DNA of 64,000 nucleotides, from positions 18,910,001 to 18,974,000 of the forward strand of contig JBITNC010000002.1 in NCBI GenBank assembly GCA_050084985.1, given 5' to 3'. Of this stretch, positions 13,106 through 27,569 are shown in pieces. The position numbers and the translations under genes were made by a program. A model generated the notes under the pieces. It did no database searches, was not told the origin of the DNA, and was given only the letters and a program-made list of their open reading frames with translations. The DNA is from Nageia nagi (Eukaryota; Plantae; Pinophyta). Positions within the stretch are counted from its first letter, which is position 1. Each line of letters starts with the position of its first letter.

Positions 13106-14625
13106 ATGGGGCGTGCCCCTTGTTGCGAGAGTGAGGATGGGCTGAAGAAGGGCCCCTGGACCCCTGAGGAAGACCAAAAACTTACTGATTACATATATCG
13201 ACACGGCCATGGAAGCTGGCGGACACTCCCTAAACGTGCAGGTAACAGTTTTCAGACATACTTTCGTAAATCCAAGCATTATTCAACCGATATGGATTTC
13301 CTTTCTTTGGTTTTGGAGAAAGAATATATATCATATGAGAACTGTCTTCCATTCTCACAGGGCTTTTGAGGTGTGGGAAGAGCTGCAGACTGCGGTGGAT
13401 TAATTACCTAAGACCCGATATCAAACGAGGGAAGTTTTCTTTTGATGAAGAACAAACCATTATTCAACACCACGCCGTTATGGGCAACAAGTAAGCTTTA
13501 CACAATACAGGTTCTTCTTGGGCATTATAAGATATTTTAAGTTCATCTAGTGTTTTTTTTGTGTGCAGGTGGTCAGCCATTGCAGCACGTCTTCCAGGCA
13601 GAACGGATAATGAGATAAAGAACTACTGGAATACCCACCTCAGGAAACGCCTTCTTCAGATGGGGATAGACCCAGTAACCCACAGGCCTAGAATGGATCT
13701 CTTTTCTTTGGCCAACTTGAATAGCTTTCTCGGTTCCAATTCTCTGAGAAACATGACTGTTCCGTGGGAGAATATGAGGCTACAAGAATCTCTTACCAGA
13801 GAATATCTCAGGATTATTGCAGCATCCATGATGCAGAAACAGCAGCAGGCTAATTGCCATAGTCAGAATTTCGGCGTAGCGAACGCCATAGAATTTCTAA
13901 TGAGATCCACAATTGATAGTTCTTTTTCCATGCCAGATTCTTCTGATAATTTCATATTGTCACAGATCTTGGCACAAAATTCCCAGAATCAATTAGGAGC
14001 TTTAGACCAGGATACATCAGAAATTCAGGCTATGCAGCAATTGCAATCCCACGCTCAATTCATGCAGACTGTCCATCACCCATCTGCAGCTTCTGCTCAG
14101 AATGACCTGAACACCGAACTCGAGCCCCAAATTATCGATCCTGCACTATTGCAGTCCTCTTCAACGATCATTAATCAGACTGTAAGTCCAAGTCTTTCTC
14201 AAATGTTCGAGGAAAATGAAGCCCATAACAATTTGTGTAATTCTTCCACCTCAATGTGGCAGCAGCATCCACCACCTTCCTCTTCATTGGCTTTCCACAC
14301 TCCTACACTGTGGTCTGAAGAAAATTTATTTGGATTTTCTAAGAGCAATTCAGAGTCTCAACTGCCTGTACTTACGTCGTGCACGTCCTCTCCGAGAGTA
14401 TTGGACAACTCCGATTTTATTCCTGAGGCTTCTTCGTTCATGATGAAGAACAATACGAGCTGTTGTGCTACTATTCCAACTGCAACAAGTAATGAATTAT
14501 ATGCAATTCTGCCGGACTATCTCTTGAATTTCCCAGAAAATTCCCAGCATTACGAGATAGTCCCTAAGATGGACAATTGTGAAGGTGGAGGAGATTATTT
14601 GAGCAGGATGCTCAAAGAAGATTAG
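13106..14625 (+). CDS. MYB: R2R3-MYB transcription factor (subgroup 10/11/24-like: MYB39/41/93/102 clade), 440 aa; exons 13106-13241, 13361-13490, 13569-14625
   Basis: The spliced product reads [23 protein letters not shown]|[29 protein letters not shown]|[41 protein letters not shown]. Both GT-AG introns (119 and 78 bp) are at canonical R2R3-MYB positions, exon 2 is the canonical 130 bp, and the frame is open to TAG at 14623-14625. AATAAA follows at ~14670. Confidence 0.96.
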
Positions 14626-15598
14626 GAAACCACCGTCATGGTTTCCAGAGTAGTACAGCTCATGTATGAAATAAAGATATGTTTGTCCTAAATCTGAAGA
14701 CCATCAAAACTCAGCACGCATAGGAGGAGCTTAGGGACCCAATATAAGCAGCAAACTTATGTTGACAAATAACTCAGAGCGCGGATACGGCTTGTATCTG
14801 TAATTATCTTATTGAAGGCATGCGGCCTTTATCAAAACATTTTGTCAAATAACTCGGTTGACGTCATAGTTAACCTGTAACAGGGGTGGTTCTTACATGG
14901 AGAAAATTCAGTATACAGGTCTGTACATGAAAATATTTTCATCTCTCCTCAGGAAATTTGAAATTCCTCTACATTGTAAACATCTCATGTTGAATAATAC
15001 GAATTATAAACAGTGGAAGTACAGAGCAAGACATTGAGGATCATTAGCTTCAAATAATCAATTATCCTGTTACGGTGATAGTGTTGGTAACTCAACCGAA
15101 AAGATGTTAGATATTCTTATTTCTTGTTCTTAATAAATGACAATTTTATTTTAGAGATGGCAACTACAATGAAGTTTCGCAAGAAAACCTCTGACAATGA
15201 CATATTGAAATTAATTATTAAAAGTCAGAAGCATATGATTCATATAAGTGTAGAATTATATGTGTTGTTAAATAATCAAATATAATGAAAGGTTAAGTTT
15301 TAAATAATTAATTAAAGTGAATGATAAAATAAAAATAATTAGTTTTAATATAATTTTTTATATATATCGAAAAATATGGAGAGATATCATTCTTAAATAA
15401 TTTAGAAATTATTTCTTTAAATTATTATATTATCAATAATATAAACTATAAACTATAAAGTATTTCACAATTGATAATATAATAATTTAGAAATGAATGT
15501 TTACAGCAAATGTATATAAAAAATTTAAAACATCAAATATTTAAATTATATAAATTTAAAATAGCTAATGAATTTTAATATATTTATTTAAATTTACA

Positions 15599-18500
15599 CC
15601 AAATGTATTTAAAATAATGATTGTATTGTATAATATGAGTAGTAACAATTATATATTTAAATACACATCAAATATATTTAATTACATATTTAAAATAATG
15701 AATGCATTGTATAATATTAAATTATATATAAATTTAAAACAACCAATGTATTTAAATATGTTAAATTATATACAACTTAATATAGCTATGTCGAGATATT
15801 ATAAAATTTATATTTATAATAAGCAACATTTTGGCTTCCCACCCCTTGGCTGCCATTGTAGTTACACCTCTCTGCATAAAAAACAAAATATGGATGAGAA
15901 GTTAAGCCTTAAATGGGTATCTTCACCATATTCTCATGCTCAAATGAGACACCAACATTTCAAGTGGTTAAACATCAATAACATGCATACAATGAGGTAG
16001 AACTTTCAATATGCACACCAAGTTCTACTATATCATGTGAAAAATACTACACAATTTATTAGATAATAGGTTATTTTAATATCAACAGTCTGTTTCACCT
16101 ATCCATGTATACAATCAAATGATGTACGTAAAATATAACCATATATGGCCTAAGTCCATATAAATTATGGTGTCTTACATAAACATAAGGTCCACATTAA
16201 GCCTAACATAACATCCAACATCTAAAGCAAATACCATATTAGTTGTCAAAGAAGTGAAGGTACCATCATACCAATACTATATTGATGATAACTTCCCTTG
16301 AAGCCTCATACATCTCTATTATTTCATCAATTGGTCTATGCTAAACCAAGTATTCATTATACCTTTATAAAGGTAGGAGCCTTTTTCCCTCCCTTAATCA
16401 TTACCCTAAGTGCACAATTAATGTGGTGTATTTGTCTGTCCTCTTTTTTACATTATTTGAAGACTTCATAAGAACCTCATCCAACATATGGCTATTATAA
16501 TCAAGTAGAACCTCTCTAATATGATCAATATAAATAGTACCATTAATGTAAAAATTATATTTTTTACCATCATCTCTCTCATTCTTACTATGCTCACCAT
16601 GTAACCATGATATATATCATTCGTATGAGAATTACTATTCCCACTATCATCTCTCCCATGGCTATTATGCTTACCATGATTTCTATCATGAAGGAAATTT
16701 ATTTTCTTGATATTAATGTTGAAATGTTTAATTTAGTTGGTGGCAGAATTTCAAGCTGCACATCATCTTTTGTACCATGTAGAAATGGAAAAAAGTTAAG
16801 AAGAAAATTTAGACCTCCATCATTGCATCCTCTATTCTAACATGCAACATGTGGTTGAGATATTTGTATCTAATGTGCTCCTTCCTGGAACAAGAGATTT
16901 AATCAAAATTTGGTTGATGGATCATACATGTGTGCATAGTCATAGTTGTAAAAATGGATTCATGAGATTAATAAATAAATCATTCTAATTCATAAGCAGA
17001 GAGTAAGTGAAATTATTTACAATTTTCCAAGCCTTCATGGTTTTGTTGGGGATTCTTGACATCTAACCCAATTATTGTAATATGGTAAATAGTACAACAT
17101 TTGTGAGGTGAATTTATTCAACCCACTAAAAACCATAACACATCTCTATGGTGCATGGTAGTGTTGGGCACCATAGATCCACTTAACCAACACATTTAAT
17201 ATGTGAATATCTAAAAAATATAATTTATATATGAAGAAGTGAGTAACATTTATTATTATATTATATTCATTTAGCAATAGATATAGTAAGAGACATTGTC
17301 TCTACAACTCTTATTTGAGGCTATGTCATGTGTTTTCATTATTGAGAATATTTTTATATAAAAACACATGCATAAATTTTGATAAAGGATTTGGAGAAAT
17401 TACAAGACATATTTGGCTATTTGATGGTATTTTAAGTAGGTGAGTACTTATGAGCTTCTCATTTTGTGCAATTATTTTGGATACTTTCATGGTTGTCCCA
17501 AATTTCCCCTTTTTCAGATTAGTTTTCTTCTAAAGGCTATAACTTTCATTCTAGACCTTGTTTTAATGTGATTCCTTTTTAAATTGCATATCTAGTTTTA
17601 ATACATTTCCAACTGTATATAGTATTCCATACATTTTTAGCATATCGCACTCAATAGTCTATAATATTTCTAACTTGTGCTTATGTATTCCTAATATGTA
17701 AGATCCTTGAAGTTAATCTATCTATTTTACTCTATATGCTCTCATTTATTCACCATTAGATGAAGCATTTCATTTGATTTATAATAGTATATAACACTTT
17801 TATATCTTGATAAATATCGATCAATTTAAATCATTTTTTATCATATTTAACCAATTTCCTCTCTATATTAGGCCCAACATTTGTATCTATCTTAGAGTTG
17901 GAATTTCTACCTCTATTTTTATCCTCAGCCAAGAAAGTGAATTGCTAATATAAAATTCTAAAAATTCTTAGGCATAATACATATTCACCTCCATATCCAC
18001 ACTAGAGACCCAAATATAACCCATGATATTTTATATTTTCCCTAAAAACTTCAAATTAATATTTTAAGAGATTTGTAGCACTATTTGAGATATGTGAGTA
18101 GTCATTAGAAAGGTAATTTTGAGACCTATACAACCATATTGAAAAATAAGCATTTATAATATGTTCACTTTTATCATAAAACTACTAAAATTTATAGTTG
18201 TTATATCCTCCTTGAATTGTAATATTAATCTTCGGCACTTCAAAATCTTCATTTTGTATTAGAGTAGATGTTTTCATAGTGTTAAACTTATATTAGAGCA
18301 AGTTATTGGAATTCAATATAGCTTTAAGAGAATCTTCACATATTAATAGCTTACATAGACATGATACTATTTTGTGTCTATATATAATGGAGAAAAATAT
18401 ATGGGGATAAAACTTGTAGAAGCAAATAAAATATATAACCAAAAATAATCATATAAGAGATTAACATGATAGTTAATGAGGTTCACTTAGTGTGGGCTAT

Positions 18501-21500
18501 GTCCTTGGAGAAATAACCAATTGAATCTCTATTACAATCCAAACAATAGCATGATTATAATCTACATCAACCCTAATGCACTAGATCTCCTCAGTTTCTC
18601 ACAAGCTTTCTCTCAAGCTCTCATATACTCAAAACCTTGTAATACTTCTAAAATATTACAATTTCTTTCATGCAAAGTCCTCTTATATAGAAGCATATAC
18701 AATTTGTGACCTAATATTAATGGTCTAGATTTTCCACTAAAAATACCCACTCTAAAAATATATTTTTACAATAATAATAGTATTTCTAAAAATGAATAAA
18801 AAATACCCAAAAACTTAGCTTGATCGTTGGTCAACTAGGGGGGCTATCACCCTATTGTGATACCTATGCTATGCTTGGTATAAATAAGGGATCGTGGTGT
18901 GCTCTACCATACACAACTACAAACATACACCTCCTTGAATAATAGGCTCCACACTTCAATAACTATGGAAAGAATTAAATCTCTTCAAGTCATTCAATCA
19001 AATAATTGAAGGTTAGTATTAGAGTTTGATAGCTTATGCCTTTATTTACCATCCTTCATATATAGTAACCTACAAAGTGCTAATATTATATAAGATCATT
19101 AAGGCCTTCAAACTCAAAACCTATCATGCACACCATAAGATAAAAAATGAAAACTAACATAAATATCTCTCTCAAATCTAACACCAAGCATAATACAATC
19201 ATGTTATGCATGCATATTATACTCATAATCATATATTCCATATGCATCATGTGATAAACCATGATATCCTTTAAGAATGAATATCTTCAAGATCAATTAG
19301 AATTATAATTTAATGGTATCAATATATTATCTTTGAAAAATAATGTACAAAGTATAGATATAGTTTCTCATTAGAACTAGATTGCAACACAATTAATTGA
19401 GCAATGAAATTCTCATGACCAAAATAATTTAATATAAACATGATCAAATCCTTTTGAAATCTCAACTACACCATTAGAAAATACTTTTATCTTGCTTAGC
19501 TATATTTTAGGAACAAACAAAATCCCAACTCCCTACTTCTCTCACTTCTCTTGAACCGATTAGGTAGCTACCATTCATTGAGTCCCACATAGTATCTAGT
19601 TTTTTTGGGAAATGCATGGGATATGATAGAATCAATTGGCCATTCCACAAGTCAATTGACGTTTTCACCAACCATAGAATTATGGATATAAGATCATTTG
19701 GTTAGGAAGGGAATCCTACTCACTCTTGAGAACAATTGACCTATTATGCAACAAGTTAGTTAAGAGTCGTACTAGGAAAATACTTTCCCACAACACATAA
19801 TATCCTCCCTTCCCAATCCATATTGCAATTAAGAAGAGGTTATTAGGAAAAGAACTCATTCAGCCACAAAATTGAAATTGAAACAACCAAGCCCTAATAA
19901 GAAAAATAAAAAAAATCATGCTCTATCCATGATATAATATATATCGATATATACAAGATCAACTAGACATAAAAGGGAAGATCAATTATTCAATTATGGA
20001 AATCATTCATGCAATTGGTCTCAAAAAATTAATTGAAATAATTAGGGATAAAACTTATGAGGTATATTTATAGAATATAATTTCATTTTCTCCATGATGT
20101 CAAGATTTGATCATACTCAAAATCCAACATTCTCCCTCTTTATGCTAAGAGGACTTACCAAAGAGTTTCTCAACTTCAAAAATTGAGATTTGATAAAAAA
20201 ATTTATGAAGTTATCTATAATATATTTCAACATACAATTCTTCAATCGAAGTGTTTTGACCTACTATGGTGGATTAAGTTCTTGGCCAATTGTATGAAAA
20301 TTTTGTTATCATAAAATAAGATTATTGGATCATATTGTGTTTCACCAAGTTCTTATAGAATCTTCCTCAACCATAATGCTTGGACACTAGTTATTGTGAT
20401 TGGTATGTGTTCATTCTCAATATAATAAAGAGCTATTCTACTTTTCTTCCTTGAGACCCATCTTATTGCTGAATGTATATTTCATTTCATCGAAGTTTCT
20501 TTCCTAGTGAAATTCATTATCACCAACCAAAGCTTGCATCATTATTCTTCTTGTAGTAGTGGATTCCATAATTTGTTCATGCTTTTACTTATTTGAGTAT
20601 TCTCTTTGTTTCTTTGAAGTGAATTTCTAAAGGATCACTCATATACCTTGATAGAAGTGAGATGACATAAGTAAGATTAGGTTTTTTATTTATTAGGAAT
20701 ATTATACTCAAATATGGTCACATAAACCCTTGTAGCCCTATCATGTTTACTCAATAATACACCATGAGGAATTGGTATTAGAATTGATTTGCAATTATTC
20801 ATACCAAATTATTTAATATATCATTTGGATATTTTGTTTGAAAATTAAAATCTCCCCCTCATTTTGATACACTTCTATTTCCAAGAAATAGTACATCAAA
20901 ACATGATTTTTAATTTCAAATTATTTAAATATGGACCTATTAAATTCATCAGATAATTTTAAACTACAACCCATACAAATTAAATCATTAACATATAAGA
21001 AAATAAGTAAAATATCATCACCTTATTTGATGTAGTAGAGGGTAGGTTAACTTTTACTCTTTGTGAAGCCATATTGATGGAAATACCCATCAATTCTTAA
21101 GTACCAAGATTTTAGAGTTTTATCAAGGTCATACAAGTTCTTCTTCAACTTATAGACCACATGCTCTTTCCTTTGATATCAAATTATTAAGGTTGTTACA
21201 TATACACCTCTTTATTTAAGTAGCCATTCATAAATACACTCTTGAAATTCATGTGATGAATCTCAAATCCTTTGTGGGTAGCTAAAGAGAGAACCAAACT
21301 GATAATTTCTTGTCTTACTACTAAGGTCTCTTCATAGTCTATTACATATTTTTACATGAAGCCTTTTATCCAAGGTCTTCTTCAACTAGATCCCATGTAT
21401 CATTTTTTATATGGATTTGATCTCATCCTCCATAACCTTAATCAATAAATGGTTATTGCATACATTTTCATAACTATATGGTTTTATATCAATAATAGCC

Positions 21501-24225
21501 ATTAAAAAATATTTTAAAATATTACCTATAGGTTCTTCATCATCTTTATCACCATAAATGTTTAATCATTTTTAAAACTTGATGAAGTTCATATGCTTGA
21601 TTTCTAGTGAGTATTACTTAGGAATTTTCATCTAACATTTGATAAGAAGGATGAGAATAAATTCATATCTAACTCTCCTTATGTTCACACCAATCAGTGA
21701 ATCATCATTGTTACAAGGGAATCTTAAAGGAATTGAATGTGCACTTGAAGAAGAGCTCTTTTGTGGGATTGGAATGGAGAATTTATGGCTTTCATGTTCA
21801 TTATACTTATCATTTGTAGTATTAGGCTTAACATTTAAATAATTATCATCAATGAATCCATCATGCACCAATAAGTTTCTAATGACCATACTTTCTCCCT
21901 TCATCCAAAATTATATCTCTTGGAATTACAACCTTGTGAGTCTTTGGATTCAAGTAGTATCTTTACAATACCCAATAAAATAAATATGTTTGGATTTTTA
22001 GATCAAATTTCTTTCTTTTGCATCAGACATGTGTTTATAATAGCATATTCCAAAAAATTAAGAACTTTAAATTTATTGATGTTTAATTTTCTCTCATATG
22101 ATGTATCATTGGAGGTGATGCCTTCTAATGCATTAGTAGGAATTGTAATTAAAATATAGAAAACAATAATACAAGAATAAATCTAATACATATTATTTAA
22201 GATTTTATTTGAAGCATACATCTAGTCATTTTAACAATTATTCTATTATTACATTCAACAACACCATTTTGTTATGGGGTATAGGAATTTGTGTGTTTCC
22301 CTTTTATTCTATAATCCTTACAAAATTAGAGGAAATAATTTTTAATTCTTAGATATTTTATAAAATATACACTTTGATTATTAATATTATTTTTGAATTC
22401 TTTGAAAAATTCAAAAGCTCAATCTTTTATTTTCAAGAAGTAAATTGAACATATTCTTGAAAAAATAATCAATAAAAGTGAGGTAGTAATAATTGTTCAC
22501 AAACACTTTTTTTGCATAGGCCTACATATATTGGAATGCACATGTTGAAGTGGAAAGGATACTCTCCATACTTGTCCTCTTGGAAAACTTGATCTTCAAT
22601 ACTTTCCTAAAGCAAAACCTTGATAAGCTTCTTTGTGGTATTCAACCTTGGGAAGCCTTTTAATATTAATTTTGATGTCAATAATTTCAAATAACACATA
22701 TTTAGATAAACATATGTCAAGTTTTGTAGACAACTTCTATTCTCCATTACTACATTTGCAAGTTGGAGCCCTTGGCCACTAACTTTTAGAGGAAACAACA
22801 CATTCTTACTTATTGAAATCATAGTAATTAGCCTATGATCATAATTTTCATTAGAAATTACATATTTACCATCATCAAACACTAACTTATTATTATTTTC
22901 CATTACTTGATCAATACTTAATAAGGTGTTGTTTATATTGTGAGTGTTATATGTATTATTTTATCAATTAATGGTACCTTTCATGTTGTTTACATTCATT
23001 ATCCCAATGCCCTCAAGTTGCAATTCCTTTTCATCTCTAAGATTAATCTTAGATGTGTAAGAGTTAAAATTTTTTGCAAGAAACTCATCTTTATCAATCA
23101 TGTGGTTAGAGAAACCCATGTAAAGGACCCATATCTCTTGCATGTTTTTAACACCCTTTTGATAAGTCAAAAATAAATTTCAAGATTCATTATATTCTCC
23201 ATAATTTGCACTAATTCTTTCTCTAGAGAAGCCTTTAGTCTACAATCTCTTTCATAATTACTAAAATTTTTACAATAATAACATTACTTATTTTTTTATC
23301 ATCTCTACCTCTACCTTGATCTCTTCCTTAACCTTATTCCTTGTCTATCCCCTGTTCTTCTTTGTCTTCCTCCTACTTGGTCACTTACATAGGCAACACT
23401 CTCCTCTGATCCAAAAGCCTTCTCATTAGAACCTTCAGTACTTGAAGATTCTTGTAGTCTTTCTTCATGGGATATCAATGAACTATTTAGATAGTCAAAA
23501 TTGGGAGTAGTAAGATTTTTTATCTCTTAAATTGTAATAGCAACATGGTTCCACTTAATAATATGAGTTCTCAAATCCTTCTTTACAACTACTTCATTAT
23601 TGACCTCTTCACCAAGAGTCTTCATTTTGTTTATATAAAGACTACACTCTTGCATAATAACTAGTCTCCAACTTTTTTATTTTCTTGTATTTTGAGATTT
23701 TCAAAATCTCTTTTTAATGTACTACCTTAAAGTACCCTTCTTTCAAAACATTCTATGCTTCTTGAGTTGATGTACATGAAGATATTATTACAAAGATGCT
23801 CTTTTCCAAGCTTATTTAAAGGTGGTAGAGTGCATACTTATTCTTCTTTTTGGGTTCCTTTCAATTTTGCCTTTCATTGGTTGGGAGAAAACTTCAACCA
23901 ACTAGTTCATTATAACCTTCCTTAGTCTAAAACATTCCAAAATCCCTTTTGTATGAGTAGATTTCTCATTTGGATACTTCATTACTCATATTCATATTCA
24001 TTAAACTTTGGGATAGGCTATGAGTTATTATTGTTGGAATACATTGTAGATTGCACAACAAAATTGTTTTGATGATAGATTTTGAGATAACATGATAAGT
24101 TTGCATAAATTCACCCAAAATACAATTTAATTCATTGACTTCATTGGATTTGATACCATAATGAGAAATATGCTCATTGATTACTTTCACAAATTAATTA
24201 CAAAGTATATAAATAGTTCTTTATT
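15599..24225 (+). repeat. Segmental duplication block X, copy 1 (copy 2 at 53078-61975)
   Basis: Colinear, roughly 90% identical by eye. The ORF pairs 16607/54138 and 22607/60321 are near-identical. Confidence 0.95.
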
Positions 24226-24640
24226 GGATCTAACCTATAACACACTTGGTTGAGAAGTGAAATTCTCATTATCAAACTAATCTAATTATCTAATACAAAT
24301 ATGATCTGATCCTTGTGAAATCTCAACAAATCATTAGAAAATACTTTTATATATTCTTGATATGAACAACAACAAATCACAAAAATTAAGCCAATATAAA
24401 ATAAAAATAATACATAGCATTCATCTCTAACCATGATACAGTATAGATTGGTATGCATCATATCAACTAGATAGAGAAGGATAGATTAGTTTTTTGATTA
24501 TGCATATTGGTCATATAATTATTTTGAAGGATTAGAATATTGATTCGAATACTAAGGGTTTGGACCTGTGAGGTTTGATTACCAAACAAAATGTTATTTT
24601 CTTAATGATATCAAGATTTGATCAGTCTTAAACTCAACCA
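19332..24640 (-). mobile_element. Old decayed Ty1/copia element: 3' LTR ~19332-20129, internal 20130-24161, 5' LTR 24162-24640
   Basis: The two LTRs are homologous (19391-19490 vs 24246-24350; 19920-20129 vs 24420-24640). PBS-Met TGGTATCA on - at 24151-24158, PPT AAGAGGGAGAA at 20130-20140. Degenerate RT (YVND), integrase, protease and gag with zinc knuckle. TSD AAAGG (24641-24645) vs AGAGG kept in the duplicate (56878-56882). Confidence 0.88.
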
Positions 24641-26399
24641 AAAGGAACTAATTTTAAAATAATAAATATCCTTTTAAAAACACTCCATGTTCTTCCAACA
24701 TACCTTATTTTCTATGATTTAACATGTTATAATAAGAATATTCTTTTTTTTATTAATTCCAAATATTGATCTAATATTGATCTATGATTTGAAAATTTTA
24801 ATAATATCATTTTATAAAAAATTATGCAAGAAAAAATATTTCTATCTAATTCCTTATATATCAAAATTTATGGCCTCCAAACATTTTAATAAATAATGGA
24901 AAAAATATATATAAAATTTGAATTATCTCAATTATTGTACCATGTTTGTATAGTGCTATGTAAGCTCATCCAAATAACACCACATGATTCATTTATATAA
25001 TACTCAACTATCCAAGAAACTAATAAGTAGATAGGGAGTATGAAGGAATACAAAGCCTTACTACCCATTCATATCTCCTGGAGGATTTATACCATTTAAT
25101 TCTTAAATTATTTCAACATATCAACCATGCAAAGAAGGATGGTATGGATATATACTTGGGTAACTTATGTTCCTCATATTTATATATTTTAAGTATTTAT
25201 TAAATAAATTCCCTCTCATTGGGGAGACATGATCTAAAAATAGATCAATAAGGAATAATGGATTTCAATGTCAACCTTGCTCCAATGCTAGCTCTAAGAT
25301 TCTTATAGAATTATGTATCAATATTATAACGGATAATGGAGAGAGGTGTTACCATTAACAAGGATAATTAGATAATTGAACTAACATATTATGTTTTATG
25401 AACCAGTTCCTAACCTATTGACCCAACTTAGGGAGCTCGATGTGACTATAACCCTATAGCAATAAGATAATTTGTAAAATTTGTATTCACCTATCCAAGT
25501 AAGCCATAGGCTTTTTGATCCAAGTAAGAATTAAGATAATATTTTCATGTTATTATTATGAAAGAGTGATTGCATTTGAAGTGTTAAGAACACCTTATTA
25601 GCAATAAGATAATTTGTAAAATTTGTATTTAAGGATCCAAGTAAGATATCAGCTTCTAGTGATTACAAATCAAAGATAGCAATAATAAAGATTTATCTAA
25701 AATATTACACCTTAAAAACCTTACACAATTTTTAATGGCTTATAGGACATTATCATAAGTTTATTAATTATAATATTAAGATTATTGCTCCCTGCATTTC
25801 TATTCTTCCAAAAAAATCATTTACATAGATGATAATAGTTGAGAAATTATTTGAATAATTAAAACTTTTATTTCCATAATAAATTTTGTAATGTTATGCT
25901 TTTTTAAAATATTTAAATCTTAAAGCGATGTATAGAGAAAAAAAATATTACACATATTATAAATAATAAATATTTTTTCATCTAAAAACGTAAGAATGAT
26001 CAATAGTGATACAATAATTTTAAATTTAGGGCACAAAATAAATCTAGCAATACAAAGGAAATATTAATCATAGATTCAACATACATTCATATCAAACCCA
26101 TAATTTAATTTCATTAATATTGTATGTTTGCAAAAAAATTAAATATTAGTTTATTGTTAAAAGGGTCATATGTTTACATGAGTAGAATATAAAACATATC
26201 ATTTTTATATTTTTTATTGCTAAACTCTAAACCATTTTTTTTTTATTATTATTTTCTCATTTTAGAATCAGATATATGTAAATGATATTCACTTATAACC
26301 ACTTTATTTATTTTTCTATAGGTTTTATCAATTAATTTTATAATTATATACATGCTATAGTATTTTTACACAAAAGAAAGAATGAAAAAACTTTCAAGA

Positions 26400-26900
26400 A
26401 GCTCTATACAAAGATCTCTATAAAAAGAAATATTCCAAAAGAAATGAAAATAATTATCACCTAAGAATTAGGACTAGGATTGATGTTCATGATTATAAAG
26501 TTTGTAGCAAGGGATGAAAAGTTAATATATGAATTTAAGAAAGCAGTATTATAGAGGTGAAATAGAAGTGCATAAACCAAGAACCTATATTAAAGAATTT
26601 CAAGGATTGAATCAAAATTTGAGAAATTCTAAGGACTTGACATAATATCAAAAATAGCATACTAAAAGAGGACATGATATTGGAACTTGGAACCGTATCA
26701 AGAATTATGGTGAAATGGAGAGAGTATGGAAACTTATGAATGATGCATGGTCATAATGAAGATCATAATATGAAAGCATTACAATATTTTTAAAATTCTA
26801 AAAAATATTCAAACAAACATTTTCAAAAGAGAAGGGCATGTAATGATTTTATATTTAACCTATATTTGTTATGTCTTAAATTAACCATATTAATATTATA
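26400..26900 (+). mobile_element. Possible Ty3/gypsy 3' end relic (integrase/chromodomain tail, PPT, LTR start)
   Basis: Purine tract AAAAGAGAAGGGCA followed by TGTAATG at ~26839; the upstream purine-rich sequence is heavily degenerate. Confidence 0.35.
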
Positions 26901-27569
26901 AATAATACCTTACAAATAAGATTATTTGCAATACTCATTATAATCAATAGAAAATCATGTATTCATTTATCAATTTCAATAGTTGAAAATTACCTCCTTA
27001 ATTTATTGGGACATTTATTAATTGAAATTTTGAATTCAATTATAACAAGATATGATTTATTTAACTTTATTGGATGGTTTTCCTCCTTTCAATGCTCTTT
27101 TATGTATTAATGAATTCATTCTATATACTATTTCCTATTAAAAGTTTTCTAATCATTAGAATTTTAAAATCTAAATAATAAAATTTTAAGAAATATATAA
27201 TTATATTCAATATTTTTTTACTGAATAAAAAAAAAAATTATTTTCTTATTTTGTGTGGCAAACGAGCTATATAAAAATTTATTACTCTTCTGCATTGCAT
27301 GCTTCAAAGCAAAAAAGATAAGCATCTTACAATTTAGTAATTTTTAATTTTACCCATGAATGTCTTATATGTTGTATAAAACAAAAATTGATTCAACTAT
27401 GTAAAATAGTTTAATACCTCAAAAACTACTATCCCAATACTTTTTTTTGTCTTATTACAACTCACAAAATAATTATATTTTACCATTTTTAAGAAAGATC
27501 ATAAATTTTGAAAAAAACTGTAACCTAATGGTCAAGATGAGAGTTTTTATTTCATCAACTTATTCCGTC

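Noticed and set aside
12977-13369. 130-aa ORF as a separate gene
   Set aside because: It is MYB exon 1 read through the leader and intron 1 from a TTG start.
13594-13648. miR858 and miR828 target sites in MYB exon 3
   Set aside because: By eye, miR858 pairing has about 3 mismatches plus 4 G:U pairs and miR828 about 7 mismatches; too poor to call.
16607-16840. 77-aa ORF conserved at 54138-54371
   Set aside because: Similarity just reflects the segmental duplication; it looks like the antisense of a decayed gag-like low-complexity/zinc-knuckle region.
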